This document shows positions 1-11,443 of a DNA stretch of 37,514 nucleotides, in pieces; the first letter of the stretch is position 1, and every line of letters begins with the position of its first letter. The stretch spans positions 1 through 37,514 of the forward strand of contig NW_021826230.1 in assembly GCF_006345805.1 (NCBI RefSeq), written 5' to 3'. A model generated the notes under the pieces. The model made no database searches and was not told the DNA's origin. It saw nothing but the letters and a program-made list of their open reading frames with translations. Origin of the DNA: Octopus sinensis. Lineage: Eukaryota. The position numbers were made by a program, and so were the translations under genes.

Positions 1-158
1 GATTACATCGGCCCTAGTGTTCTACAGGTACTTATTTTATTGTCCCCCGAAAAGGTAAAAGGCAAAGCCGACCTCGTCGGAATTTGAACTTAGAACGTAA
101 CGATAAGCAAATTACCGCTAAGCATTTCGTCCGGCGGCTAACGATTCTGCCAGCTCGC
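1..158 (-). mobile_element. tRNA-derived SINE, family 1 (cut by window edge)
   Basis: Reverse complement reads GCGAGCTGGCAGAATCGTTAG...AAGTTCAAATTCCG (A/B-box-like) and matches the well-preserved copy at 20422. Confidence 0.9.
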
Positions 159-165
159 AAGTTCC

Positions 166-196
<31 letters not shown>

Positions 197-211
197 CAAC
201 AATAACAACAG

Positions 212-422
212 TCCTTTCTACTATAAGCACAAGGCCTGAAATTTTGAGGAAGGGTTTAAGTCGATTAGATCAAGCCCCAGTACCCAACTGGTACTTAATT
301 TATCGACCCCGAAAGGATGAAAGGTAAAGTCGACCTCAGTGGAATTTGAACTCAGAACATAACGATAGGCGAAATGCCGCTTAGCATTTCGTCCGGCGTG
401 CTAATGATACTGCCAATTCGCC
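212..422 (-). mobile_element. SINE family 1, full length, tail B
   Basis: Head, B-box GAGTTCAAATTCC, body and tail AAATTTCAGGCCTTGTGCTTATAGTAGAAAGGA, followed by the (TTG/TTA)n run at 166-210. Confidence 0.92.
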
Positions 423-444
423 ACATTCATGATAATAACAACGA

Positions 445-1075
445 CGAGAGCAGTTTAAGAACGAGCCATTACGATGAATACGATAAAAGCAAGCATTGAT
501 AAGACTCAGTCAGAGAGCAAACGCAGAATCAGTGTAAAAGGGTGCGTAGACATTTATCATGTTTTGAGTGACTGCAGAAGTTATCACAAACATAGCGTAA
601 GCACTGACATTAATGCACAGGTAAAGAATTATATTGGATTATTTGCCAGGTGTATAGATTCAAAGTGATGGAAAAGTGATGTGAACACGACTGTGAAAAT
701 TACCATCATTTATGGGTTTTCCCCTAAAAAACTGATCGTGCTTTTGAAACAGAAAGAGCGCGTATGGTTATAGAAAACAAAAGAAACAGAGTCAGATCAT
801 AAACTTTCGAATACTGTCTCATTGTGTATATCAATTTAAATATCAGAATGATTGGCAAATATGCGAAATATCAACACCTATCCAGTGATCTGAAGAGATT
901 GTGGAATTCTGAGACGAAAACTCCTCCAGTGATAATTGGTGCACTTGGCAGTAAGGCAAAACTGTTACATAAGTGAATGAAGGATATTGGGATTGAAACT
1001 CGGCAAAAAAAAAAAAATTTAAAAAAACAAAGAAGATCGCTGAATTTTGAGGAAACATGTTGTCACTAAGCCTGA
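445..1075 (+). mobile_element. Decayed R4/Dong-like non-LTR retrotransposon, zinc knuckle + RLE C-terminus
   Basis: 474 ORF NTIKASIDKTQSESKRRI...YHVLSDC (degenerate CCHC); from 848 IGKYAKYQHLSSDLKRLWNSETKTPPVIIGALG, the K-x-x-KY...PVIIGALG end of RLE-clade ORFs; stops and frameshifts. Confidence 0.8.
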
Positions 1076-1449
1076 AGACAATACAAATGTGAAGTAGAAG
1101 AAGAGGAAGAAGAAAACAATAACGACGAGGATAACGACATTGATAATGAGGATGATGATAATGAGGAGATGGCGTAGGGAAAGTGGAAAGGAGGTGTTGG
1201 AGGGGAAGCAGATGGGAGGAGGGGGAGGAGAGGCGATAAAGATAAAGATGGAAGCGAAGAAGATTCCGTAAAAGAATGGAATTGTAAAAGAAAATTTAGA
1301 CACACACGCATACAGACACTCATCACGGAGGGAGAGAAATGTGTAGTGAGATACAAATGAATAAATCGTATTCCAGTCTTCATCTTTTAATGCTTCAGAA
1401 CACACACACACCCATCTGTATCAGACTACATATATGTCCGTCCTGAACG

Positions 1450-1760
1450 TATGTGTGTATATATGTATGTATGTATGTATGTATATATATATATATATAT
1501 ATGATATATATCTATATATATGCTATATATATATATATATATGTATATATATAATATATATATATATATAGTCTATATATGTATATATATATATATATAT
1601 ATATGTATATGTATATATATGTATATATATATTATATATATATGTATATATATATATGTATATATTGTATATATGTATGTATATATATATAGTATATATA
1701 TGTATATATATATATATATGTATATATATGTATATATATATATGTATATATAGTTATATA

Positions 1761-1819
<59 letters not shown>

Positions 1820-1821
1820 AC
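1450..1821. repeat. Degenerate (TA)n microsatellite
   Basis: Directly visible; source of the YI-repeat ORFs. Confidence 0.97.
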
Positions 1822-2030
1822 ATGTGTGTGTGTTTAGTCCTTCTACCCTCCCCCCCCCCGCCAACATCGTTTGACAACCGATGCTGTTGTGTCTGTGTCC
1901 CCATAACTTAACGGGTAGGCAAAAGGGACCGATAGAATCAGTACTACTCTGGGAGTCTATTTGTCGGCTGAAGCCAGCGTTCCAGCAGGGTTGCAGTCAA
2001 ATGACTGAAACACGCAAAATAATGAAAGCA
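1822..2030 (+). mobile_element. SINE family 2, 3' half
   Basis: TTGACAACCGATGCTG...CAGTCAAATGACTGAAACA matches the reverse complement of the copies at 8110 and 26167. Confidence 0.8.
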
Positions 2031-2077
2031 TACAAATATATATATATATATATGTATAATTTTTTTAAATTACTATT

Positions 2078-2550
2078 AATGACGATGAAGATGAAGATGA
2101 TGATGATGATGATGAAGGACTAGAGGGGGAGGAGCAGCAGCAAGGATATAGGAAATGTGGGAGGAGAAGTGAGAGAAGATGAGAATCATTCGAAGGAAAT
2201 AACGAAGAAAATTATAAGGAAATAAGAGAGGAAGAAGAAGAAGAAGAAGAAGAAGAGGGAGAAGGAGAAGAACAAGAACAAGAAGAAGAAGAACAAGAAC
2301 AAGAACAAGAAGAAGGAGAAGAAGAACAAGAAGAAAAAGAAGAAGAAGAAGGAGAAGAGGAGTGATAATTATAATATAATTTTGAAACGATGTAAAAAAA
2401 TTATAAATTGATATATTAGAATATAAATTTAATATTGCAAAGGTGAAAGAAGGAAAGCAACCGTGCAGCAGGCAGCAGCAGCAGTAGTAGTAGAGTAGTA
2501 GTAGTAGTAGTACTAGTAGTAGTAGTAGTAGCAGCAACAGCAGTAGCATG
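2078..2550. repeat. Compound trinucleotide repeats (GAT)n, (GAA)n/(AAGAAC)n, (CAG)n/(TAG)n
   Basis: Directly visible; source of the poly-Leu ORF. Confidence 0.95.
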
Positions 2551-3036
2551 GTTGCAGTATTGAGTGATGGTTGAAAGTGTGTGGTGACGGGTGGGGTGGC
2601 GGTGAGGTGAGACGATGTGTCAAAGAGGAGTGAAACGAGGGGAGAGGTGGGAGGGGGGAAGAAGGAATCAGGGAGGAGGGGGTGGGGGCATATTAGGTTC
2701 ATATTCAGAGAAATGCATGAGTTTTTGTTTTTTTTTCTAAAATAAATCGCAGTTGGTGGTTGGGGGTGGGGGCGTTGGTGTGGAAATTGTTATTGATCGG
2801 GTTTAAAGCAATGGAGCTTTCAACTTGAAGACTTTCACAGTTGACACCGGAAGCAATAGTAGTAGTAGTAGTAGAAGAAAAAAAAGAAGAAAAAGAAGAA
2901 AATGTAGTAGTTTATCTGAATCCTTCTTCGTATATAGTTAAAAGTACCAAAGATGATTATGAGAAGGAGGTCATGGAGGGAGAGGGGGACAGCGACGATG
3001 ACGATGAGAATGACGCTGCTACTGCTGCTGCTGTTT

Positions 3037-3065
<29 letters not shown>

Positions 3066-3067
<2 letters not shown>

Positions 3068-3125
3068 GTTTTTAATTTGCCACAGGGGCGTCGGATAAAA
3101 GGGAGATAGTACAAAGATTAGAAAA
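3066..3125 (-). mobile_element. Possible isolated 3' tip of an L1/Tx1-like LINE
   Basis: Reverse complement GCCCCTGTGGCAAATTAAAAACAAAT then (CAT)n resembles the LINE terminus at 32879. Confidence 0.4.
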
Positions 3126-3230
3126 TGAGGTGAGTTGTAATTTGAGGATGACATGGCGAATGACAAGGAGGAGGAGGAAACGCACAGAAATGCGATAAGA
3201 TGAACTTCTTATGTATTAATAAGGATCATA

Positions 3231-4325
3231 ATTTCTTCAGCTCCCTACTAGGGCGACCAGATGAGGGTGGCGGTCGGTACAAGGGCCAACATAAAGTGTA
3301 AGGGGTTTACATTGAATGGACAAAACAAAAAAGAAATAATATAAATAGGATGTACAATATATAAAAAAAGACAATGATGGTGATGATACGGTCCTTCCGA
3401 TACAAGATGTCTACTAAGGCCCGTCGAGGTAACTCCACGGATGAACATCTCTCTGTAGACCAGGGCAAAGTTTCCTTTCCACACCCTCCAACTTAACGGC
3501 TATATTTTGAGGGGACCCATCCACTCTTGCCCCTTTCGCCACTCTCACACATCTTTCAAAATATTCATTTGAAAATAATGCTTGTCCCTTCGCTCATGCT
3601 TTTTTTTTTGTTTTTGGTTTCCGTTCCATTTGAAAATGACAGAGATTTTATTCTACTAAGCATTGCAGCTTTTGTCCTCGTATCTTTCAAATTCGACCGC
3701 TACACAACTGTTTTCCCAACCGCTTTCCCAGACAGAGCAGAGCCCTCTCCTTGCACAGTGAAATGGGAGTGGCTGGGCAATCACGGGAATAATCTCGGTT
3801 GATTGCCGGATTCACACATATGCAATAGCGGCCATTCGACTTACCTTCACAAGTCTGAAATGCCCAGATATTAAATGAGTCTCAACACAACAGTTTCACT
3901 GCCCTGCATGCATGTAAAGCAGGACCATCTTACGACATTTCGTGCCTTTAACGTTTATCCTGAACCGCTACTGGGATGTTTACGTTCGCCTTAGATTTAG
4001 CCCTGCCTTGTATTGCTTTCGAATGTTGCCAACAACTTCCACTTCTATAGGATCCACAACATGACCTAAATGTTGTCAGCGTACGCCGACAATGCCCTAC
4101 CGGGTCCCTTACAACAGTTCCAACCTGCGCAGTAGTGTTTCAAGAGCCAGCACATACAGAAGAGGCGAGAGGTAGAACCTCTGTTTGACCGAACGCACGA
4201 TGACAAACCATTCGAGGAGAGAGACGTTTACTTTGATTGCTATTGTACCTTGCAGCTAAATGGCTTCTAGTAACGAGCCAAACCCAAACAATTCTGGATG
4301 ACTCCCAAATAAAAATGGTCGACCC
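3231..4325 (-). mobile_element. Decayed L1/Tx1-clade LINE: RT core, ORF2 C-terminus and 3' UTR, internally deleted
   Basis: Minus strand gives VDHFYLGVI, RSVKQRFYLSPLLYVLALETLLRRLE (LSPLLYVLALE at 4139-4171) and SAYADNI (YADD equivalent, 4072-4083); C-terminus aligns with the copies at 12810 and 32879; ends GCCCTAGTAGGGAGCTGAAGAAAT. Confidence 0.88.
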
Positions 4326-4380
4326 AGGCGTGGATGTGTGGCAAGTAGCTTGCTTCCCAACCACATGGTGCCGGGTTCAG
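4326..4380 (+). mobile_element. SINE family 2, tRNA-like head only
   Basis: AGGCGTGGATGTGTGGCAAGTAGCTTGCTTCCCAACCACATGGTGCCGGGTTCAG, ends in the B-box. Confidence 0.8.
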
Positions 4381-4480
4381 AAAGCATTTTGCTAAAAATC
4401 ACAACCCAAAGCCAGTCTGGGAATCGAATCCAGGATCTTGCGATCGTGAGCGCAACACCTTAAATACTAGACTATGCGCC
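4381..4480 (-). mobile_element. SINE family 3, tRNA-like head
   Basis: Reverse complement GGCGCATAGTCTAGTA...GGATTCGATTCC (A/B-box-like); related to 28020-28140. Confidence 0.7.
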
Positions 4481-4651
4481 TTCACAAACACACACGCACA
4501 TACATACATACATACATACATACATACACAAATACATACATACAAATATACAGAATAGCAAAATCAAGAGTGACAGAAGATCATTAGCATAAGCAGAACA
4601 AGCCGGTTGTAGAACCGCTAGAAATAGCTGCCGAATCACTTTCAAAATATA

Positions 4652-4851
4652 TTTTCTCTTATAGACACAAGGCCTGGAATTTTAGAAGATGGGGGTTGTT
4701 GATTACATTAGCCCCCGTGTCCAACCGGTACTTATTTTTATCGATCGTAAAAAGATGAAATGCAAAGTCATTTGATCGTAAAATATCAAGCCGGATGAAA
4801 TGCCACTAAACATTTTGTCCGACGGGCTAACGATTCTGCCATGTCACCGCC
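4652..4851 (-). mobile_element. SINE family 1, tail B, internally deleted
   Basis: Aligns by eye to 212-422. Confidence 0.85.
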
Positions 4852-4917
4852 TCTAGAAATATATGCAAGCCATCATTAGTAATATTCGAGTAATTATATT
4901 AGAGGAAACAACAAGGA

Positions 4918-5113
4918 AGGAAGCTGATAGAATCGTTTCTGCGCCGGGAAAATTACTTCGCAGCATTTTTCGGATTTTGTATTTTGGGTTTAAATGGTTG
5001 CGGGGACTGCTTTGCTTTTCAACCATTGGAGATCGATAAAATAAGTACCAGTTAAACACTGGGGTCGATGGGATCGGCTTAACTCACTACCACCGAGTGA
5101 CAAATTTTGAAAT
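4918..5113 (+). mobile_element. SINE family 1, diverged
   Basis: GATCGATAAAATAAGTACCAGTTAAACACTGGGGTCGAT body; decayed head. Confidence 0.8.
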
Positions 5114-5125
5114 CAAAATTAGTAA

Positions 5126-5345
5126 GGCGGCGAAGTGAGAAAATCGTTATTACGCCGGACAAAATGCTTAGCGACGTTTCATCCGTCTTTACGTACTGAG
5201 TTCAAATTTCGCCAAGGTCAAATTTGGCTTTCGTACTTCCAGGTCGATAAAAAAAATGCACCAATTGGACGCTGGGGGTCAATGTAGTCGATTTATTCCC
5301 TGCCCCAAGATTGCTGGCCTCGTGTCAAAATTTGAAACTAATATT
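5126..5345 (+). mobile_element. SINE family 1, full length, tail C
   Basis: GGCGGCGAAG head, GAGTTCAAATTTCG B-box, tail ATTGCTGGCCTCGTGTCAAAATTTGAAAC. Confidence 0.88.
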
Positions 5346-5496
5346 AGAGAAACGAGTAACAAATAAAATAAAACAATGGATGGTCATGGATAGAACGCTT
5401 TTGTGAACATAGATCTGCTCGATTCGGTTTGACCTACATCTAAACAATAACAAAACTTCAAGAACTGCAGAAGCAGCAGCCTGGGAATTAAACGGT

Positions 5497-5850
5497 CCCA
5501 CCACGACCACCACCACGACAACAACAACAACAACAACAAACAATGAAAGGGAGAGCAGCAGCAGCGGCAGCAACAGCAGCAGCAAACATCAGAAGAAAGA
5601 ATGAGAGAAAGAGAAGAAGAAGAAGAAACAACAGCAAGAAGAAGGACAGCAACAACAACAATGAGAACAACAGAGAGAGAGAGAAATACCAACGAGAGCA
5701 GACGACTGCTGTTCCAACATCACAATAGCAACAACAACAACAGCAACGCCAAAGCACACCAACTCCATCAACTTAATAACAGCGTCTATCTCAATAACAG
5801 CAAAAACAACCATCGACAACAACAACAACAACAAGCTCAACAACAAAGAC
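5497..5850. repeat. Low-complexity (CAA)/(CAG)/(GAA) region
   Basis: Directly visible. Confidence 0.85.
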
Positions 5851-5929
5851 AAAATATATTTCAGTATATTAATATTGAGACGTACATGCATACATATGTA
5901 CACAGCAGCATGTAGAGATATGTAAGGGT

Positions 5930-5943
5930 GTATATACGTGTAT

Positions 5944-6021
<78 letters not shown>

Positions 6022-7228
6022 GTGTGTGTGTGTGTGTGTGTGTGAGTGTGGCTGCTTGTGTGTGTGTGTGTGTGGATATACTCTCAGAGATTCGTATATT
6101 CATAGGTACAGACGATGTAAACACACATGCGTTCGCACATACATTCCTCTACAGTCGTATATTGACATACATAGGTTCGTACACACATACATACATGCAG
6201 AATATATAGCAGGCCACACACACACACACACACACACACAGACATATATTAATATATTTATATATTCAAACACGTATCAAATGTACATACACACACACAT
6301 TCATACGCAAACATATCCACACGCTTGAAACCCCAATACATAAATATATGCATATATACATATACATACATACATATATATATATGTATGTATATATATA
6401 TATATATACATATCTAAATGTATACACACACATATATATATATATATGTACATATACATATATAGATATGCGTATATGCATATATATATATATATACATA
6501 CATACATACATATACATATGTATATATGTATATATATACATATATAGATACAGATATAGATATATATATAATACGTGAATATTCATACATACATTTACAT
6601 ACAAACACGCACACACAGAGATGCGCCAGCACACACACTGTCTCTCTCACTCACACGTGTGTGTGTCCGCGCGCTGGCATGTGTGTGTGTGCTTAAGTGT
6701 GTGTGTGTGTGGTGTGTGTGTGTGTGTGTATTAACGTAGTAGCCTTATACGTGTGTGTACGATAAACATAACGTACCAATAAAGCGGAAATAAAAATCAA
6801 AAGATAAAGCCTGCATATAAAAACTACATAAATTCAATAAACGAGATGAAATAAGCGGGAAAAAGAAAAGAAAATGGAGAAAAAAAAACCTTCAAACCAA
6901 AATGTCTGCCATGTTAAGAGACTAAAACAATATTTTCACTACATTCTATTGTTTAAAGCACATTAAAATTCCATTAACGTTCTTACAGCCTCGATTTCAC
7001 AAACCCGTGTCCATTTTATGTATGTAATAATGTATATAGATGACTATGTATGTATGTACCTATGTAGGTATGGACGTATGTACGTATGTATGTATGCATA
7101 AATGTATGTAGGTAAGTAGGTATGTATGTAGGTAGGTAGGTAGGTAGGTAGGTAGGTAGATATATGCATATATCTTTGGGTGTTTGCAAGTGTGTGTATG
7201 TTTTCATTTACATACATATTTTATATAC

Positions 7229-7306
<78 letters not shown>

Positions 7307-7485
7307 GTGTATACAGGAATACATGCACAGACACACATATATAGATTTAAATATATATATAATACGTGAATATTCATACATACATTTACATACAACCATA
7401 CGCGCACACAGAGATACGTCAGCACACACACTGTCACAGACACACATAGAGAGAAAGAGAGATGCATAAATATATGAGGATATAC

Positions 7486-7560
<75 letters not shown>
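5930..7560. repeat. Microsatellite mosaic: (TA)n, (TG)n, (TATG)n, (TAGG)n, (GA)n, (GATA)n with short unique spacers
   Basis: Directly visible. Confidence 0.92.
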
Positions 7561-7564
<4 letters not shown>

Positions 7565-7904
7565 GTAATATATAGACGTGCGCGCATTCATCTATGTGTA
7601 TGAGTTCCCCGAGTTTCCGCGGACAATATGTGAGTGTTTAATAGAAACATTAGTGTGAACATTTTTTTCTGGTATAATTCTTCTGCAATAAAGCAGCTTG
7701 GCTTGAAGTTTCATAACCAAGTCAACTGCATAATCGTCAGACGATAAAGCACAGCCACCCCGCAAGAAGATCAGCCGTTTATATGAATTACTTCTTTCAA
7801 TGGCTTTCAATTTACTATTTGCGTCTAAAGTCGGTGAGCTGCTAGTTTTGTTTCTTGCAGATATTATTCCGGCTCTATCTCGTATGATTTCAGATACCAC
7901 CTAT

Positions 7905-8020
7905 GTCAATTTCTCTTTCATTCCTCCGGGGTCGATCATTTTCATACTGGATTCAACCGCATGAATTAAGCTTCTCTCTCTCCAAATCTGCTTGCTTTTT
8001 GCCGAAATCGTTAATCTTTA
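7905..8020 (+). mobile_element. SINE family 1, decayed 3' part
   Basis: GTCAATTTCTCTTTCATTCCTCCGGGGTCGAT resembles the family body GTCGACTTTGCCTTTCATCCTTTCGGGGTCGAT. Confidence 0.55.
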
Positions 8021-8109
8021 TTGTGCATCGGACTTAAATGGGATCACTGCCAACGCCACATTGACGATTAACTGCTAAGTTATCCCTGGCCCTTCCCTTT
8101 AATTTTTTT

Positions 8110-8344
8110 TTTTACTTATTCCTGTCATTAGACTGCGGCCATGCTGGGGCACCGCCTTGTAGACTTTTTGTTGAACGAATTGACACCGGTGCTTATTATT
8201 TTCTGATTTATTTTTTACTCCTGGTTTTTATTCAGTCGGTCTGTTTTACTGAACCGCTAGGTTACGGAGCACACAAACACATCAACACGTTTGTGGCTGT
8301 CAAGCTATGGTAGGAGACAAGCACGAACACACAGATACACACAA

Positions 8345-8402
<58 letters not shown>

Positions 8403-8560
8403 GATGAGCTTCTTTCAGTTTCCATCAACAAAATCCAATGACAAGGCTTTGGTTGACTCAATGCTACAATAGAAGACACATGACCAAGTTTCCACGAACT
8501 GGAACTGAACCTGGAACCATGTGGCTGGCAAGTATATTCCTTACTGCACAGCCTCGCCTG
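8110..8560 (-). mobile_element. SINE family 2 (CORE-SINE-like), full length, with internal (AT)n(GT)n
   Basis: Minus strand: tRNA-like head with GGTTCAGTTCC, core-like ACTTGGTCATGTGTCTTCTA, internal microsatellite 8335-8400, 3' CCCCAGCATGGCCGCAGTC; colinear with 26167-26610. Confidence 0.88.
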
Positions 8561-8959
8561 CCAATGAGAAATGGGAATTGCATCTCTGTTTCTTAGACTT
8601 ACTGTGGTGGACCACGTAAAGAGGTTTCAACTCGGTGGTTGGGTTTCTCTTCTGCCAGGTATTGATTGACCCCTTGAAAGGAAAGTGAACTGAAGAAAGA
8701 ATACCGACCTCCAGGACATTTGGATTCCTGACGTATTTAATCTCTGGGGAGGAAGGATTGGTAATAGTGATTATTGCCGGAGCGGGATGGCCATAATATC
8801 TGTGGAAAGTGGTGGAGGCGACGGGCGAGGCTGGGTGGAGGTACAAGAACACCTTCCGTCCGGGGTCACAGGGATTGAAGTCAGGGCAGCAAGGGAAAGC
8901 TTGTTTCTCCCCACTTCTTACATATTCTATATTTACCAATCGTATTTCGCTTCATTACA

Positions 8960-9500
8960 GGCGTCCGGTTCCCTCTCGAATATTTTGTACCGCAACAAAC
9001 AATTCCTCAGCCTCACATGTAAGTTCCGTTTGTTTCAACCAATGTTGGGATTTTCATTTTGTATTTGCTTCCAGCTAATTCTTTTAATGAACTTTCTGTT
9101 CAAGGGATTTTCTTATCATTGTTTCAGTTTGCAAATGCGTAAGCTCATTTTGAGAATCGTTTGCTTTTCGTTTCTTTTTTCTTTCCAAATTCCTTTATTG
9201 TTTCTCTTTTCCTTCACCCTGTCACCTCAGGTTTTATCTTTTATTTGTCGGCATCTTTGAAATCAGAAAATTGTTTTGTTTTTCTTTTTCATTTATATCC
9301 TTATTGCCCTGTAACCATTGCTATTAGTTTACCATTGTTCTTTACTGGGTAATTTTGTTATATTACACTTAATATTTTATAATAGTTTTCTGATTGCATA
9401 AAAACCGTATCTCTTTGTAATTGTGGTAAGTATAGTCCGTTTTCCGCCTGCGTATTGCATTATAGAAAATGCATCCAATGTACAAACCTTGCAACATTTC
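8960..9500 (-). mobile_element. Decayed R4/Dong-like retrotransposon, region between RT and zinc knuckle
   Basis: Minus-strand fragments (G)LYLPQLQRD and QHWLKQTELTCEAEELFVAVQN resemble RLYLPR..GGRG and WL....L..ETEG.I.AAQ of this clade. Confidence 0.7.
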
Positions 9501-9593
9501 AAAATATTTAATGCACACGCGTGTATGTATGTATGCGTGTATGTGTGTGTATGTGAGAAAGAGAGGGAGAGATACACACAGTGGTGTGTGTGT

Positions 9594-9625
<32 letters not shown>

Positions 9626-10087
9626 ACAACAAGGTTTCTTTTTGCAATTACTTCCAATATATACATCTTTAATAAGAAATGTGCACCTTTGTCATAAAAC
9701 TAGAATAATAGCGTCGAAACTTTTGGTCGTTCCGAAGTTAAAAAGAGGAATCTGCCGAAATGACCTTTAATAAATAGCTTATAGACATTCGTTTCGCGTA
9801 GTCGACAGATTTTTGGCTTCGTTATCGATTACGCAGAGATTATATACCTAAAATCAAAGATCGCCAAGTGATTCTTTGAAACTGAGAAATGTCTAAGCTT
9901 CAAAAATATCAACTTAATAAGTTGAATAAATGTATTAGCTAGTGAGAAAAAGAGAGCAAATGAAGTTGTGAACCGAACCGGAAGTTGTGTGGCAGACAGA
10001 TTTAATAATTATTATAATTTCCAGATCATATTCATCATTGTTGTCGTCATCGTCGTCGTCGTCGTCGTGATCATCATCATGATCACC

Positions 10088-10147
<60 letters not shown>

Positions 10148-10148
<1 letters not shown>

Positions 10149-10873
10149 TTCATTAGCATCTACTTTCAATTCTTTTTCCATTTCTTGTCGAGTGTCTTCC
10201 TGACACCTAGGGTAGTGAAACGTACTGTATACATTGGCAGGTGATTAAAATAAACACACCAAATTGTTCATTTACAAAGTAATGTGATAAAGAAAAATGA
10301 ACAAATAAAAAAAGTAAACAAAGAAAATAAATGGCGGGGAAAGAAAATTTACCGCGACATTGGTCTTCTCGGTACATGTGACCTGTTACCAGTAAAGACA
10401 ATCTTTTGCACTTCCTGCATGGATGGTAAGCCAGGGATCATTCTTAAATAGCTTTATAGCTTTCAGTTCCATTTTTGACCATTCCAAGTGCTCTTATAAA
10501 ATCACTGGTATTGTAACCGTCTTCAGATGCCGCATCTTTTCAATTTCAATCAGCAAATCTCAATATTCTCTGAGCTTATCAATTTCTTTTGCCGAGATAT
10601 TATGATCTCAAGGTATGCTCATGTCAATCAATATTATTTTGATCTTTCACAACAATATCTGGTTTATTTGCTTTGATTGGCCGGTCTGTATATACTGGGA
10701 AGTCCCAAAGTATAGTTACATTTTCTCCCCGCACTTACAGCCTCAGGGTGGTGCTTGTACCATTTGTCAGCAATTTTGATTTTGTAATGCCACCGCATTT
10801 TCGAACGTAAACATTGGCCAACTCTGTCATGTCTTGATTTGTACACTACAGGGACTAAAACATTACGCACCGT
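10148..10873 (-). mobile_element. 5'-truncated R4/Dong-like retrotransposon: RLE domain + 3' UTR
   Basis: YKSRHDRVGQ...KWYKHHP, VTILWDFPVYTDRPIKANKPDIVVKD, DKLREY*DLLIEIEKMRHLKTVTIPVI; (TAA)n directly 3' (10088-10147). Confidence 0.92.
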
Positions 10874-10877
10874 ACAC

Positions 10878-10902
10878 TATTATTATTTTCATTATTATTA
10901 TT

Positions 10903-10933
<31 letters not shown>

Positions 10934-11012
10934 CTGCTGCTGTTGTTGCTGTTGTTGTTGTTGTTGTTGTCGTCGTCGTCGTCGTCGTCGTCGTCGTAGT
11001 CGTCGTCGTCGT
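10878..11012. repeat. In-phase compound trinucleotide array TAT>TGT>TGC>TGT>CGT
   Basis: Directly visible. Confidence 0.95.
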
Positions 11013-11430
11013 GTGAGAGAGCAGCGCATTATTTATAGTGTCTGTCATTTGTCCATCAAACAACTTTATTCACCCTACACAATAGACAGAGGAAAAGCTG
11101 TCTGCTCTTCGCGGTCAAATGTCAACGAGTGATAATTCCAAGAAAAAAAGCTGTTAGTAGCAGTTTCCTAGTTTCTTCTCTTTCTCAACTCTTCAATTCG
11201 CTTCACTTGGAAGACTTTGTGCGTTGCACCTAAGGTTTGGTCGTTCTTTGCCGATTGTATTTATTGGAATTACCATATTCTTAGAATTGATTCTAATGTT
11301 TGATATTAGTCTGACGCCTTCCTAATATTCTTCTTCGGTGTGAATCGTGGTTCCGGAGAAACTCGCAGGAAACGATTGAAGGAATGATAATGCTGGATAG
11401 GGGGCTGCTGCTACTATTGATAATAATGTG
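11013..11430 (-). mobile_element. Unclassified retroelement-like 3' fragment
   Basis: Minus strand ends CTGCTCTCTCAC against a trinucleotide array, the same terminus as the element at 33388; no recognisable protein. Confidence 0.4.
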
Positions 11431-11443
11431 AAGAATAATAACG

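Noticed and set aside
5384-5915. Q/N-rich ORFs as a host exon
   Set aside because: Low complexity, open on both strands, no domain or convincing splice pair; a UTR cannot be excluded
7592-7900. 102-aa ORF or hAT fragment
   Set aside because: Only a faint resemblance (WLC...RLTIMQ) needing frameshifts; not enough to call
8960-10873. Joining the two minus-strand R4/Dong pieces into one element
   Set aside because: Order is reversed relative to the ORF, and a 3' UTR plus (TAA)n lies between them
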